A DNA stretch of 16,537 nucleotides from Nitrospinaceae bacterium. Its GTDB lineage: Bacteria > Nitrospinota > Nitrospinia > Nitrospinales > VA-1. The number at the start of each line of letters is the position of its first letter. Position 1 is the first letter of the stretch. The translations under genes and the position numbers were made by a program. Below the pieces are notes generated by a model that saw only the letters and a list, made by a program, of their open reading frames with translations, was not told the origin of the DNA and ran no database searches. Location: NCBI GenBank assembly GCA_046754465.1, contig JBHHVU010000065.1, forward strand, positions 1 to 16,537, in the 5' to 3' direction. Of the stretch, positions 8,718 to 16,504 are shown piece by piece.

Positions 8718-11111
8718 TTAAAAAGTGTTTTCCGCGAACGGGGCGTGGGCCTCCGTTCCTTTTTCAGGCAGGTGATTCTCCAGAAAGACCTCGAACCGCG
8801 CTCCGGCTTCATTAAATTGGGCCGCCTTGCCGTTTTCAGGAAGAATTTTGTAAAAGACCACTTCGTCGGAGACCGGGAAATTCTTGACCGGCACGCCTTG
8901 CTGGGCCTCGGTCATGTATTGCATCCAAATGGGAATGGCCGCCCGCGAGCCCGTTTCGTTTTTTCCCAGCGGTTCGTCCTGGTCCTTGCCCACCCAAACG
9001 CCGGTGGCCATATCGGGAGTGTACCCGATGAACCAAGCATCCACATAATTATTGGTCGTTCCCGTTTTCGCCGCGATAGGGCGGTTGAGTCCCTTGACCT
9101 TCCTGGCCGTGCCGCTTTCCACCACGCTTTGCAGGAGGCTGTTGATCGTAAAGGCCACCCCGCTCGAAATGGGGGCGGTCACCTGAGGCTGCGCGGTGTA
9201 TAACGTTTCACCGTTACGACTCTCTATCAAGCGGACGGCGATCGGCTGGACCCGTTTGCCCATGTTCGCGAACGTCGAATAGGCGGAGGTCAATTCAAAA
9301 AGCGTTACACCGGAAGAACCCAGGGCAATAGATAAATTATTCTCCAGGTGCGTGGTGATTCCCAAACTCCGCGCCATCTGGATGGCCTGGTTCACGCCGA
9401 TATTCTGGAGGAGCTTGACGGTGACCACGTTTCGCGAATGGGTCAACGCCGTCCGCAAGGGAGTGGGACCGTAAAATTTTTTCTCGAAATTGACGGGTTT
9501 CCACTTGTCAAAGGCGTTTTCCTTTTCTTTAAAAATGATCGGAGAATCGATGATAATGCTGGCCGGGGAATATCCCGCCTCGATGGCGGCGGCGTAGATG
9601 ATCGGCTTGAATGCCGAACCCGGCTGCCGGATGGCCTGCACGGCCCGGTTGAACTGGCTCCGGGTAAAATCGTAGCCTCCCACCATGGCCTTGATATGGC
9701 CTGTGCTCGGTTCCAGGCTTACCAATCCCGCTTCGACCTCCGGTTCCTGTTCGAGGGCCAGGTTCCACCGCATGTCCTCATCCCGCGTGCCCAGGACCTT
9801 GACGAGAATGAGATCCTCCGGTGATAAAGCTTCCCGGGCGCTGTTGATCCTGGCGTATTTTCCATCCACCTTGATATTGGGTTGGCGGGCCCAATCCATA
9901 TTCTCGATCTCGATGATCCCTTCTTCGCCTCCCAACTGGACCAGCACATCATCATCGGTCACTTCCAGGACCACCCCTTTCAGGGTGTTTCCCACAACGG
10001 GGCCATCGCCCTCTCCGAACCCGTTGAGTTCCCGGATGCGTTGGGAAAGCTCCAGGGGTTTCTCCGTCAAGTCGATGTGTCCCAGGGGACCCCGATACCC
10101 GTAGCGTTTGTCGGCAATCAAAAGGTTCTCCCGTACGGCCCTCTGGGCCGCTTCCTGGAAGCCCAGGTTCAACGTGGTGTAAACCTTGAGTCCCCCGCGG
10201 TAGAGCCGGTTATGTCCGTAGGTTTCCTGGAGAAACTGACGGATGTATTCAACGAAGTAAGGCGCCTTGTTGACCATGTCGGTGATTCCGCCAAGCCGGA
10301 TGTCTTCTTTCATGGCCTCCTCGGCCTGTTCCTTGGTGATGAATGCGAGGTGGGCCATTCGGCGGAGGGCATGGTTGCGGCGCTTCTTCGCCTTTTCCAG
10401 GTTTTTGTATGGAGAATAATGGTTGGGAGCTTTGGGAAGGCTTGCGAGCAGGGCGCATTCCTCGAGGGTGAGATCCTGAACGTGTTTGCCGAAATAAGTG
10501 CGCGCCGCCGCCTCGACCCCGTAGCTTCCATGACCGTAATAAATCTGGTTGAGGTACATCTCCAGGATTTCATCCTTGGTGAAAATCAGTTCCATCCGGA
10601 TGGCCAGAATGGCTTCCTTGATTTTCCTCGCGAGGGTCCGGTCCCGGGACAAAAAGAGGGTTTTGGACAATTGCTGGGTGATGGTGCTGCCCCCCTCGAC
10701 CACATATCCCGCCTGCAGGTTAGTGAGAAAAGCCCGGAAAATCGCCTTGGGGTCGATGCCCAAATGATAATAAAAATTGGAATCCTCGACCGCGAGAGCC
10801 GCCTGCTTTAATTGCAGGGGGATGCTCTGCAAGGGCGCCATGATCCTTTTTTCGATATAGAATTCGGCGATCAGTTCATCGTAATCGGAATAGAGCAGGG
10901 TGATGGTGCTGGGTTGGTAATTTTTCAGCAGGCGGACGTCCGGCAAGTCCTGGGAGTAGTGATAGTAAATGAACGCCGCGCCCAAGGAACCCGCAACCAG
11001 GAGGGTGAGGAAAAGAAAAAAGCTGCTCAACAAGAAAATTTTCAGGGAACGGCTGCGTTTCTTTTTTTTGTGAGCCCGTGACGGCCGCTGATTTTTTAAC
11101 AGGTTTCTCAT
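8718..11111 (-). CDS. mrcA: Penicillin-binding protein 1A (bifunctional transglycosylase/transpeptidase)
   Basis: Basic N-terminus plus TM anchor. GT51 motifs EDSNFYYHLG, GGSTITQQL, RKIKE, KDEILEMYLN. OB-fold insert (KGVVLEV...MDWAR...ILVKV). Transpeptidase motifs SAFK, SRN, KTGT. Confidence 0.96.
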   Translation of the reverse strand: MRNLLKNQRPSRAHKKKKRSRSLKIFLLSSFFLFLTLLVAGSLGAAFIYYHYSQDLPDVRLLKNYQPSTITLLYSDYDELIAEFYIEKRIMAPLQSIPLQLKQAALAVEDSNFYYHLGIDPKAIFRAFLTNLQAGYVVEGGSTITQQLSKTLFLSRDRTLARKIKEAILAIRMELIFTKDEILEMYLNQIYYGHGSYGVEAAARTYFGKHVQDLTLEECALLASLPKAPNHYSPYKNLEKAKKRRNHALRRMAHLAFITKEQAEEAMKEDIRLGGITDMVNKAPYFVEYIRQFLQETYGHNRLYRGGLKVYTTLNLGFQEAAQRAVRENLLIADKRYGYRGPLGHIDLTEKPLELSQRIRELNGFGEGDGPVVGNTLKGVVLEVTDDDVLVQLGGEEGIIEIENMDWARQPNIKVDGKYARINSAREALSPEDLILVKVLGTRDEDMRWNLALEQEPEVEAGLVSLEPSTGHIKAMVGGYDFTRSQFNRAVQAIRQPGSAFKPIIYAAAIEAGYSPASIIIDSPIIFKEKENAFDKWKPVNFEKKFYGPTPLRTALTHSRNVVTVKLLQNIGVNQAIQMARSLGITTHLENNLSIALGSSGVTLFELTSAYSTFANMGKRVQPIAVRLIESRNGETLYTAQPQVTAPISSGVAFTINSLLQSVVESGTARKVKGLNRPIAAKTGTTNNYVDAWFIGYTPDMATGVWVGKDQDEPLGKNETGSRAAIPIWMQYMTEAQQGVPVKNFPVSDEVVFYKILPENGKAAQFNEAGARFEVFLENHLPEKGTEAHAPFAENTF

Positions 11112-11202
11112 TCGATTGGAGACCCCGCCCCGTTTCGGAACACTTGAACGCCTGGATGATATGGGGGACGATTGGCCTGGAGGGCGGGGAGTATCCTTTA
11201 TT

Positions 11203-11619
11203 TCACCCGGAGCGTCCCTCTTCCAGGTCGATGAGCTCCACCCATGTGGTGATTTCGGTGCGCGTGGGATCTATTTTATTCAAAATTTCCAAAAAATACT
11301 TCATCCGGTCTTCCGAGTCGGGTTTTCTTTCTATAATTTGCCGGTTGACCGTTTTGATTTCATGCGGGTTGTGAGCCTTGCACTTCTCCTCAATCCATTG
11401 GGAGATTTGCCCATCGTCCTGTGTCGTCGCAATTTGTATCAGCTCCTCCGCCCCGGTTTCGAGAAAGTTTAGAATGATTTTATCCAGGGGGCACGGGAAA
11501 ATGTATTCCCCCAGGGTTTTTTGGGAAAAGGCCCGGGCCTTGTCGATCATCCTGGGAAAATGGACCAATCCGCCCATCTTTTCATTCGGGCTCCTTGGAA
11601 AGGTTTTGGTCAGGTCCAT
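11203..11619 (-). CDS. DUF5069-family protein
   Basis: Recognised pattern MDLTxxxPRSP...GGLVHxPRMIDKARA...LGEY..PCPLD...TW.ELIDLEEGR; 138 aa. Confidence 0.85.
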   Translation of the reverse strand: MDLTKTFPRSPNEKMGGLVHFPRMIDKARAFSQKTLGEYIFPCPLDKIILNFLETGAEELIQIATTQDDGQISQWIEEKCKAHNPHEIKTVNRQIIERKPDSEDRMKYFLEILNKIDPTRTEITTWVELIDLEEGRSG

Positions 11620-11685
11620 GGAAAAATGATCGAGAAAAATTAGGTGACTGAAACCGCGGCGGGGAGGAGGTGTCCTCCTCTTTAA

Positions 11686-12150
11686 TCAGTCCAGCCGCAT
11701 TCGATTGATCTGTTGGAAAATTTTGGAAGTTTTGATGGAGCGTGCCCCTTCCGGCCCGATTTGATTTCGGAACAAATCCAGCGTGGTGAGGCGCCCCAGG
11801 TTTTCGGAAGCCGCGATAAATTTTGCCCCCTCCTCACCGATCCTATTGAATTTCAAGATCAACTGGTCCAACTGGGAGAGATTTTCGCTCTCCGCCAGGG
11901 CCCGGGCGCCCGGCGCCGTGATGTTGTTGGATTTCAAATTCAAAACCTTTAATTTAGACAGGTAAGGGGAGGCGCAAAGCGCCGCCACCCCCTCGTTGCC
12001 AATATCATTATCGCCCAACTCCAATTGAACCACCTCGGCCAGAATTTCCATTCCCGCGAGCCTTTTAGCGCCCTCGTCCCCGACCTTGCGGGCTTCCAGG
12101 TTCAGGGTCCCATCCATCAAATTTTTTTGCACAAGGTCTTCCAAATCCAT
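11686..12150 (-). CDS. Small leucine-rich-repeat protein (RNI/GALA-like repeats)
   Basis: Five 27-aa repeats of consensus LxxLxLxxNxIGxEGAxxLAxSxxLxx. SD GGAGAAGGA on the - strand at 12157-12165. Confidence 0.9.
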   Translation of the reverse strand: MDLEDLVQKNLMDGTLNLEARKVGDEGAKRLAGMEILAEVVQLELGDNDIGNEGVAALCASPYLSKLKVLNLKSNNITAPGARALAESENLSQLDQLILKFNRIGEEGAKFIAASENLGRLTTLDLFRNQIGPEGARSIKTSKIFQQINRMRLD

Positions 12151-12247
12151 GAACGATCCTTCTCCAAATACTTCATTTTAAAGCTAAAACCACAAATTTG
12201 CAGGCAGTTTTGCCGGCACGTGCATGATCCCAGGAAGTTCCGCAATT

Positions 12248-12256
12248 ATTATACCA
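12248..12256 (-). promoter_or_regulatory. Extended -10 promoter for the LRR/DUF5069(/mrcA) run
   Basis: The - strand reads TGG-TATAAT (TGn + perfect -10), about 100 nt upstream of the LRR start. Confidence 0.6.
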
Positions 12257-12330
12257 CGACCCAAGACCCCCCCCGGACCGGGGAAGCCGTTGGAACTTTG
12301 GCGAGACGATTAACGGTTCGCAAAAGGCCG

Positions 12331-12350
12331 AATCCATTCTAAAATGGATT
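12331..12350. promoter_or_regulatory. Perfect inverted repeat, candidate operator in the divergent intergenic region
   Basis: AATCCATT-CTAA-AATGGATT, abutting a TACAAT hexamer at 12350-12355. Confidence 0.5.
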
Positions 12351-12438
12351 ACAATATCCGACTAGCGAAAAATTCAAATTGCGATAAATAAAAGATCCGG
12401 CTGGGCATCCGGAAAATATATCCCTGACTGAAAACATC

Positions 12439-15400
12439 ATGAACGAAGATTTGATCGCTCAGGTGGCCGATTATCATGAGGCCACCAAACATCATTATAA
12501 CCGCTTTGCCCGGGCGCCAGGCTATTTGGACTGGGCCAACCAGCCAGATCCATTCAGGCGCTATTCGGGAGCCCCATTGATTCATCTTCCCATTATTGTA
12601 CGGGATGAATCTCTCCCCTACCGGAAGCTGTTTGGTCCGGAATCGATTCCATCTTCTCCCGTGACCCCGGAATCCCTTTCCCGGTTTTTAGAGCTTTCCC
12701 TGTCGGTCTCGGCGTGGAAGCAATCGGGCGATTCCCGCTGGGCGCTTCGGAGCAATCCGTCCAGCGGGAATCTGCATCCCACCGAGGGATACCTGATGAC
12801 CGATGGCATGGATGAATTGCATCCCGGCCCGGGAGTGTACCATTACGTTCCCGGCGAGCATGGTCTCGAATTGCGCGCCGAAATTCCGGGACCGGTCTGG
12901 CAAAAGCTCATGGCAAGTTTTCCACGGGGATCGTTTCTGGCCGGGTTGACCTCGATCCATTGGCGGGAGGCCTGGAAGTATGGAGAGCGGGCTTTTCGGT
13001 ATTGCCAGCACGACATCGGTCATGCCTTGGCGGCCCTGCGGGTGGCCGCGGCAGTTCTGGGCTGGAACCTCGTGTTGCTGGAGGAAGTGGACGACGCCTC
13101 CCTGTCCCGGTTGCTGGGGTTGGACCGGGAAAAGGATTTCATCGATGCGGAACGGGAGCATCCTGATTGGATTGCCATTGTTTTCCCCAATAGCTCGGCG
13201 GAGGAAATCCCCCTGGGGCTCGATGTGGAATCGATCGGGAAGATCGCCACGGGCCGATGGCGGGGAAAGGCCAACCGGTTGAGCGAGGAATGCATTCCCT
13301 GGGAACGCATCGATTCGGTTTCCCGGGCGACTTTAAAACCCACGGGCAACCCGGGCCGGAAAAGGTCGGCGGGAACTCACGCCCCGCAATGGAAAATCGA
13401 TCCGGGAACGTCTTTAAGACGGAAGAGGACAACCGCCCGGCAGATCATCCGCCAAAGGCGAAGCGCCGTGGCCTTGGATGGCGTCACCTCCATCTCTTCG
13501 GAAGAGTTTTACACTATCTTGCTTCACACGGTTTGCCGCAATGGGTCCGGAATGCCCTGGGATGCCGTATCGTGGAGTCCGCGCATTCATCTTTGCCTGT
13601 TTGTCCACAGGGTGCGCGGGCTGGCGCCGGGGCTTTATTTCCTGGTCCGCGATCTCGCCAAACTGGAGGCGGTTCGTCAACAGACCCGAAAGGAATTTGC
13701 CTGGCGAAAGCCAGGGGATTGCCCCCCCGAACTTTCTCTTTACTTGTTAAAGGAAGGGAATTTTCAGAACCTGGCCGCTCAGGTGAGTTGTACCCAGGAC
13801 ATTGCGGGGCAGGGCGCATTCAGCCTGGGGATGATTTCTGAATTTCTTCCCTCCCTGGAAAAGATCGGCCCCTGGTTTTACCGGCGTCTCTTCTGGGAAA
13901 GCGGCATGGTCGGGCAGATGTTGTACTTGGCGGCGGAATTCATGGGCGTTCGCGGAACGGGGATCGGTTGTTATTTCGACGATCCGGTCCACGAAATTCT
14001 CGGTCTGAAAGACCAAACTTTTCAAAGCCTCTACCATTTTACCCTGGGGGGACATGTGGAGGACGACCGGTTGACTACCCATCCCGCATACGGGTGGTCT
14101 TGCGAAATTCCGGACGGTCAGTTTACCTCCCGTTACGGTTGCTCCTCCGTCACGGAAACGGCGGCAAGGGTCCTGGAATTGCCCTCCCGATCCATCGTCA
14201 CCTGGAAGGGCAGAAAATTGAGCCGCATCGGGGCCGGGCTGGCCCGGTTTTCACAGGTTCCGCCGGAACACCAACACGCGTTGTCCGAAATCCTGAAAAG
14301 TCCGCTGAATGTGATCGAAACCACGGCCGAGGGGCGGGCGGAAGAACAGGAACGGCTCCTCGGCCAGACCTTGAATGATTTTGTGGAAAAAGAGGGAGGC
14401 GGCCTGGAAGGTGTTGTGTTTATCAGGCAGGTGGGTGTGCTCCAGGGCCGGGCGGGAACCCTGGTGGATGAAATGAGACGGCGCGGAGTTCCATTTAAAA
14501 ACCTCGTCTCCCAGGGCGGGCGGAGCATGGGGCTGGACCCGGACTTTTTGAAAGATCAACTGGACCGGTCGCGGCATCGTCTGGGACTGGAAATCCTGGA
14601 CCTGGTGCTGCTTCGAATTCCGGACGAACTTCCGGGAGTTTGGGGTGAAGCGCCTTGCCTGGGCCGAATTCGGGATGCGGCCCTTTTTCTTCAGAACGAA
14701 TGCGAACGGGGAAAGATTGGCGGGTTTGGGATTTCTCCCGGCAGGTGGGGCGCATCTCCCCTGGAATCTCCGGCCCTTTCCCTGGAAAAGATATATGAGA
14801 CCCTCGACGGTCTTTCCGGATTTTCGGCGGTCGCCTTTCACGCCAATTTTCTGGAAAAGGAGCCCTTTCTGGCCAATAATTCACGTCCCGGTCTCGTAGA
14901 CTTGGCTCGGGAAAAAGGCCTGCTGGTAATTTCCGGTAGTCCCCTAGTGTCTGAAAACCCGGGCCATCCCGTTTTGCTGGTGGATTTTCTCGGTGCCGGC
15001 CAGGAAGATGCCGCGGTGTGGGGAAAAAGCATCCTGAAAATGTTGCTCAATCGGGAAAAGGAAATTCACGCCACTCCGCTAGCGGATGGAAGGACCCTGG
15101 GTGAAGCGTTGCGGGCCGCGAACCTTCCTTCACCGTTTCAACTCCAATCGATGGGAAAATCCTTTTTCGGTTCCCGGCCAGAATCCCCGGCCGCCCTTCA
15201 GGAAGTGACGGAAGCCTTTCACACCACGTTGTATCATTCGCGGTATCTCGGTAAGCAGCTTGTTCATGCAGGATTGTGGAAGCCTGCCGACGCGGACGAT
15301 GTGGTTCAATCCCTGGAATCACTGTTCGGTTCCATTCGGCAGAATTACAAACAACGGATGCGCCGGAACAGCTCGGGAGACGTGGCCCGCCTCCGCAAGG

Positions 15401-15549
15401 AACAGTTCGCCGGTGCGCCTCCTTCCGTTCCTCTCCAGTTCCTCGGAATCCAATGGCTTCTGGACCATGGGGTGGATGTTGTTTTGAACGGGATGACTCA
15501 CCCAAATTATGTGAGAGAGGCGGTGATCTGCCTGAAAAATACCCAGTGA
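12439..15549 (+). CDS. SagB/ThcOx-family double nitroreductase-domain protein fused to a C-terminal degenerate aldo/keto-reductase-like domain
   Basis: aa 1-551: YHEATKH, LDWANQPDPFRRY, LRSNPSSGNLHPTEGY, REAWKYGERAFRYCQHDIGH, second domain IIRQRRSA...GQMLYLAAE...GTGIGCYFDD. aa ~595-1036: LSRIGAG, ERLLGQTL, QLDRSRHRLGLEILDLVLL, GKIGGFGIS, QWLLDHGVDVVLNGMTHPNYVREA, which are AKR barrel elements. Confidence 0.85.
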   Translation: MNEDLIAQVADYHEATKHHYNRFARAPGYLDWANQPDPFRRYSGAPLIHLPIIVRDESLPYRKLFGPESIPSSPVTPESLSRFLELSLSVSAWKQSGDSRWALRSNPSSGNLHPTEGYLMTDGMDELHPGPGVYHYVPGEHGLELRAEIPGPVWQKLMASFPRGSFLAGLTSIHWREAWKYGERAFRYCQHDIGHALAALRVAAAVLGWNLVLLEEVDDASLSRLLGLDREKDFIDAEREHPDWIAIVFPNSSAEEIPLGLDVESIGKIATGRWRGKANRLSEECIPWERIDSVSRATLKPTGNPGRKRSAGTHAPQWKIDPGTSLRRKRTTARQIIRQRRSAVALDGVTSISSEEFYTILLHTVCRNGSGMPWDAVSWSPRIHLCLFVHRVRGLAPGLYFLVRDLAKLEAVRQQTRKEFAWRKPGDCPPELSLYLLKEGNFQNLAAQVSCTQDIAGQGAFSLGMISEFLPSLEKIGPWFYRRLFWESGMVGQMLYLAAEFMGVRGTGIGCYFDDPVHEILGLKDQTFQSLYHFTLGGHVEDDRLTTHPAYGWSCEIPDGQFTSRYGCSSVTETAARVLELPSRSIVTWKGRKLSRIGAGLARFSQVPPEHQHALSEILKSPLNVIETTAEGRAEEQERLLGQTLNDFVEKEGGGLEGVVFIRQVGVLQGRAGTLVDEMRRRGVPFKNLVSQGGRSMGLDPDFLKDQLDRSRHRLGLEILDLVLLRIPDELPGVWGEAPCLGRIRDAALFLQNECERGKIGGFGISPGRWGASPLESPALSLEKIYETLDGLSGFSAVAFHANFLEKEPFLANNSRPGLVDLAREKGLLVISGSPLVSENPGHPVLLVDFLGAGQEDAAVWGKSILKMLLNREKEIHATPLADGRTLGEALRAANLPSPFQLQSMGKSFFGSRPESPAALQEVTEAFHTTLYHSRYLGKQLVHAGLWKPADADDVVQSLESLFGSIRQNYKQRMRRNSSGDVARLRKEQFAGAPPSVPLQFLGIQWLLDHGVDVVLNGMTHPNYVREAVICLKNTQ

Positions 15550-15776
15550 TCCCTTTGGTGGAAAATACCCCGGCCGGGAAAGGCGGGTGGGCTAGAGAGC
15601 CCTTGAATGGAGGAAAGAAAATCAATGGAGATCCGAATTTTCAGGGATTTTCCGGGGAAATTTCAGGGTGTAAGAAAAGGCAAATAAATGTTTTAAAAAA
15701 TTCTATAAAATGATAGATTGAAAAAATCCATTATAAATCGGGTGTTAATTTTTAACCAATTTTGGGAGCTTAAGCC

Positions 15777-16136
15777 ATGAGAAAATTCCTCGTTGTTTTG
15801 ATCGCTCTATCGTTCTCTCTTCTCCCTCTCACCGCGATTGCAGGAGAAGGTCCGATGAAGTTACCCGCGGGAGTCAACGCGGACTCCAACAAACATAACG
15901 AAGAAGGGATTGCCGAATGGAATAAGGGGAATTATGAAGGGGCGTTGAAACATTTTCAAATGGCGTCGAAGTTGGATTCCAGCATCGGTGAAACGCATTT
16001 CAATGAAGCCGTCTGCCTGGATAAACTGGGAAGACATGGAGAAGCTACCATGCATTTCAAGGCGGCCAAGAAGAACGCAAAAGGCAATGCGAGCATTTTG
16101 AATTCAAAGATTTTAAACGGTCATCTCGGCGGTTAG
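15777..16136 (+). CDS. Small secreted tetratricopeptide-repeat protein
   Basis: Sec signal MRKFLVVLIALSFSLLPLTAIA|GE. Two TPRs (HNEEGIAEWNKGNYEGALKHFQMA; ETHFNEAVCLDKLGRHGEATMHFKAA). SD GGGAG at 15764-15768. Confidence 0.88.
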   Translation: MRKFLVVLIALSFSLLPLTAIAGEGPMKLPAGVNADSNKHNEEGIAEWNKGNYEGALKHFQMASKLDSSIGETHFNEAVCLDKLGRHGEATMHFKAAKKNAKGNASILNSKILNGHLGG

Positions 16137-16190
16137 CCATTTTAGGCGTTTCCGCATCCTGAAAAAATCGCCGGGAAAAACGGATTGTCC

Positions 16191-16223
16191 GGGAGGTTGG
16201 AGATTTCCAGCCTCCCTTTTTTT
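16191..16223 (+). terminator. Rho-independent terminator after the TPR gene
   Basis: GGGAGGTTGGA-GATT-TCCAGCCTCCC (11-bp stem, one G-U) followed by T7. Confidence 0.88.
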
Positions 16224-16462
16224 CCTGCTTTCCTCGAATCCGCGCCAAACACCCATGACCCCTGAAAACCGTTTAAAAGGGCAGGGTTTCCGCAGTTTAT
16301 TTTTGAATATGAATCCCAATTGTTCTTCGACTCATCTTATATATAGAGGAGGGTGGGTGATTGAGATGTGGATGATCAACAAGGGGGTAAGTTTGCGGGG
16401 CCTGTAGTGGATATAGGCTAAAAGAATAAGGGTTAAAATTCAAACGACGATACGATTCGTGG

Positions 16463-16504
16463 AGCCTATCATTCACTCAAGGTGAAAGATGGGCTTTTTT
16501 ATTT
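16463..16504 (+). terminator. Second intrinsic terminator with no CDS directly upstream (possible attenuator terminator)
   Basis: AGCCTATC-A-TTCAC-TCAAG-GTGAA-A-GATGGGCT followed by TTTTTATTT. Confidence 0.7.

Noticed and set aside
7508..10811. Antisense or alternate-frame ORFs over the LpoA-like gene and mrcA (e.g. 7508-8455, 8646-9203, 9882-10811)
   Set aside because: Overlap confident CDS almost entirely and have no domain signatures.
12439..14091. Thiazole/oxazole-modified RiPP (TOMM) cluster suggested by the SagB-like domain
   Set aside because: No YcaO cyclodehydratase, E1-like partner, transporter, protease or credible precursor peptide in the window. Stand-alone SagB-like nitroreductases are widespread.
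16330..16500. Known riboswitch classes (SAM-I, yybP-ykoY, T-box, PyrR, mini-ykkC)
   Set aside because: Only fragmentary resemblances (TCTTAT, AAGGGG, ACGA, GAAAGATG). The required conserved cores are missing, so it is reported as an unassigned attenuator candidate.
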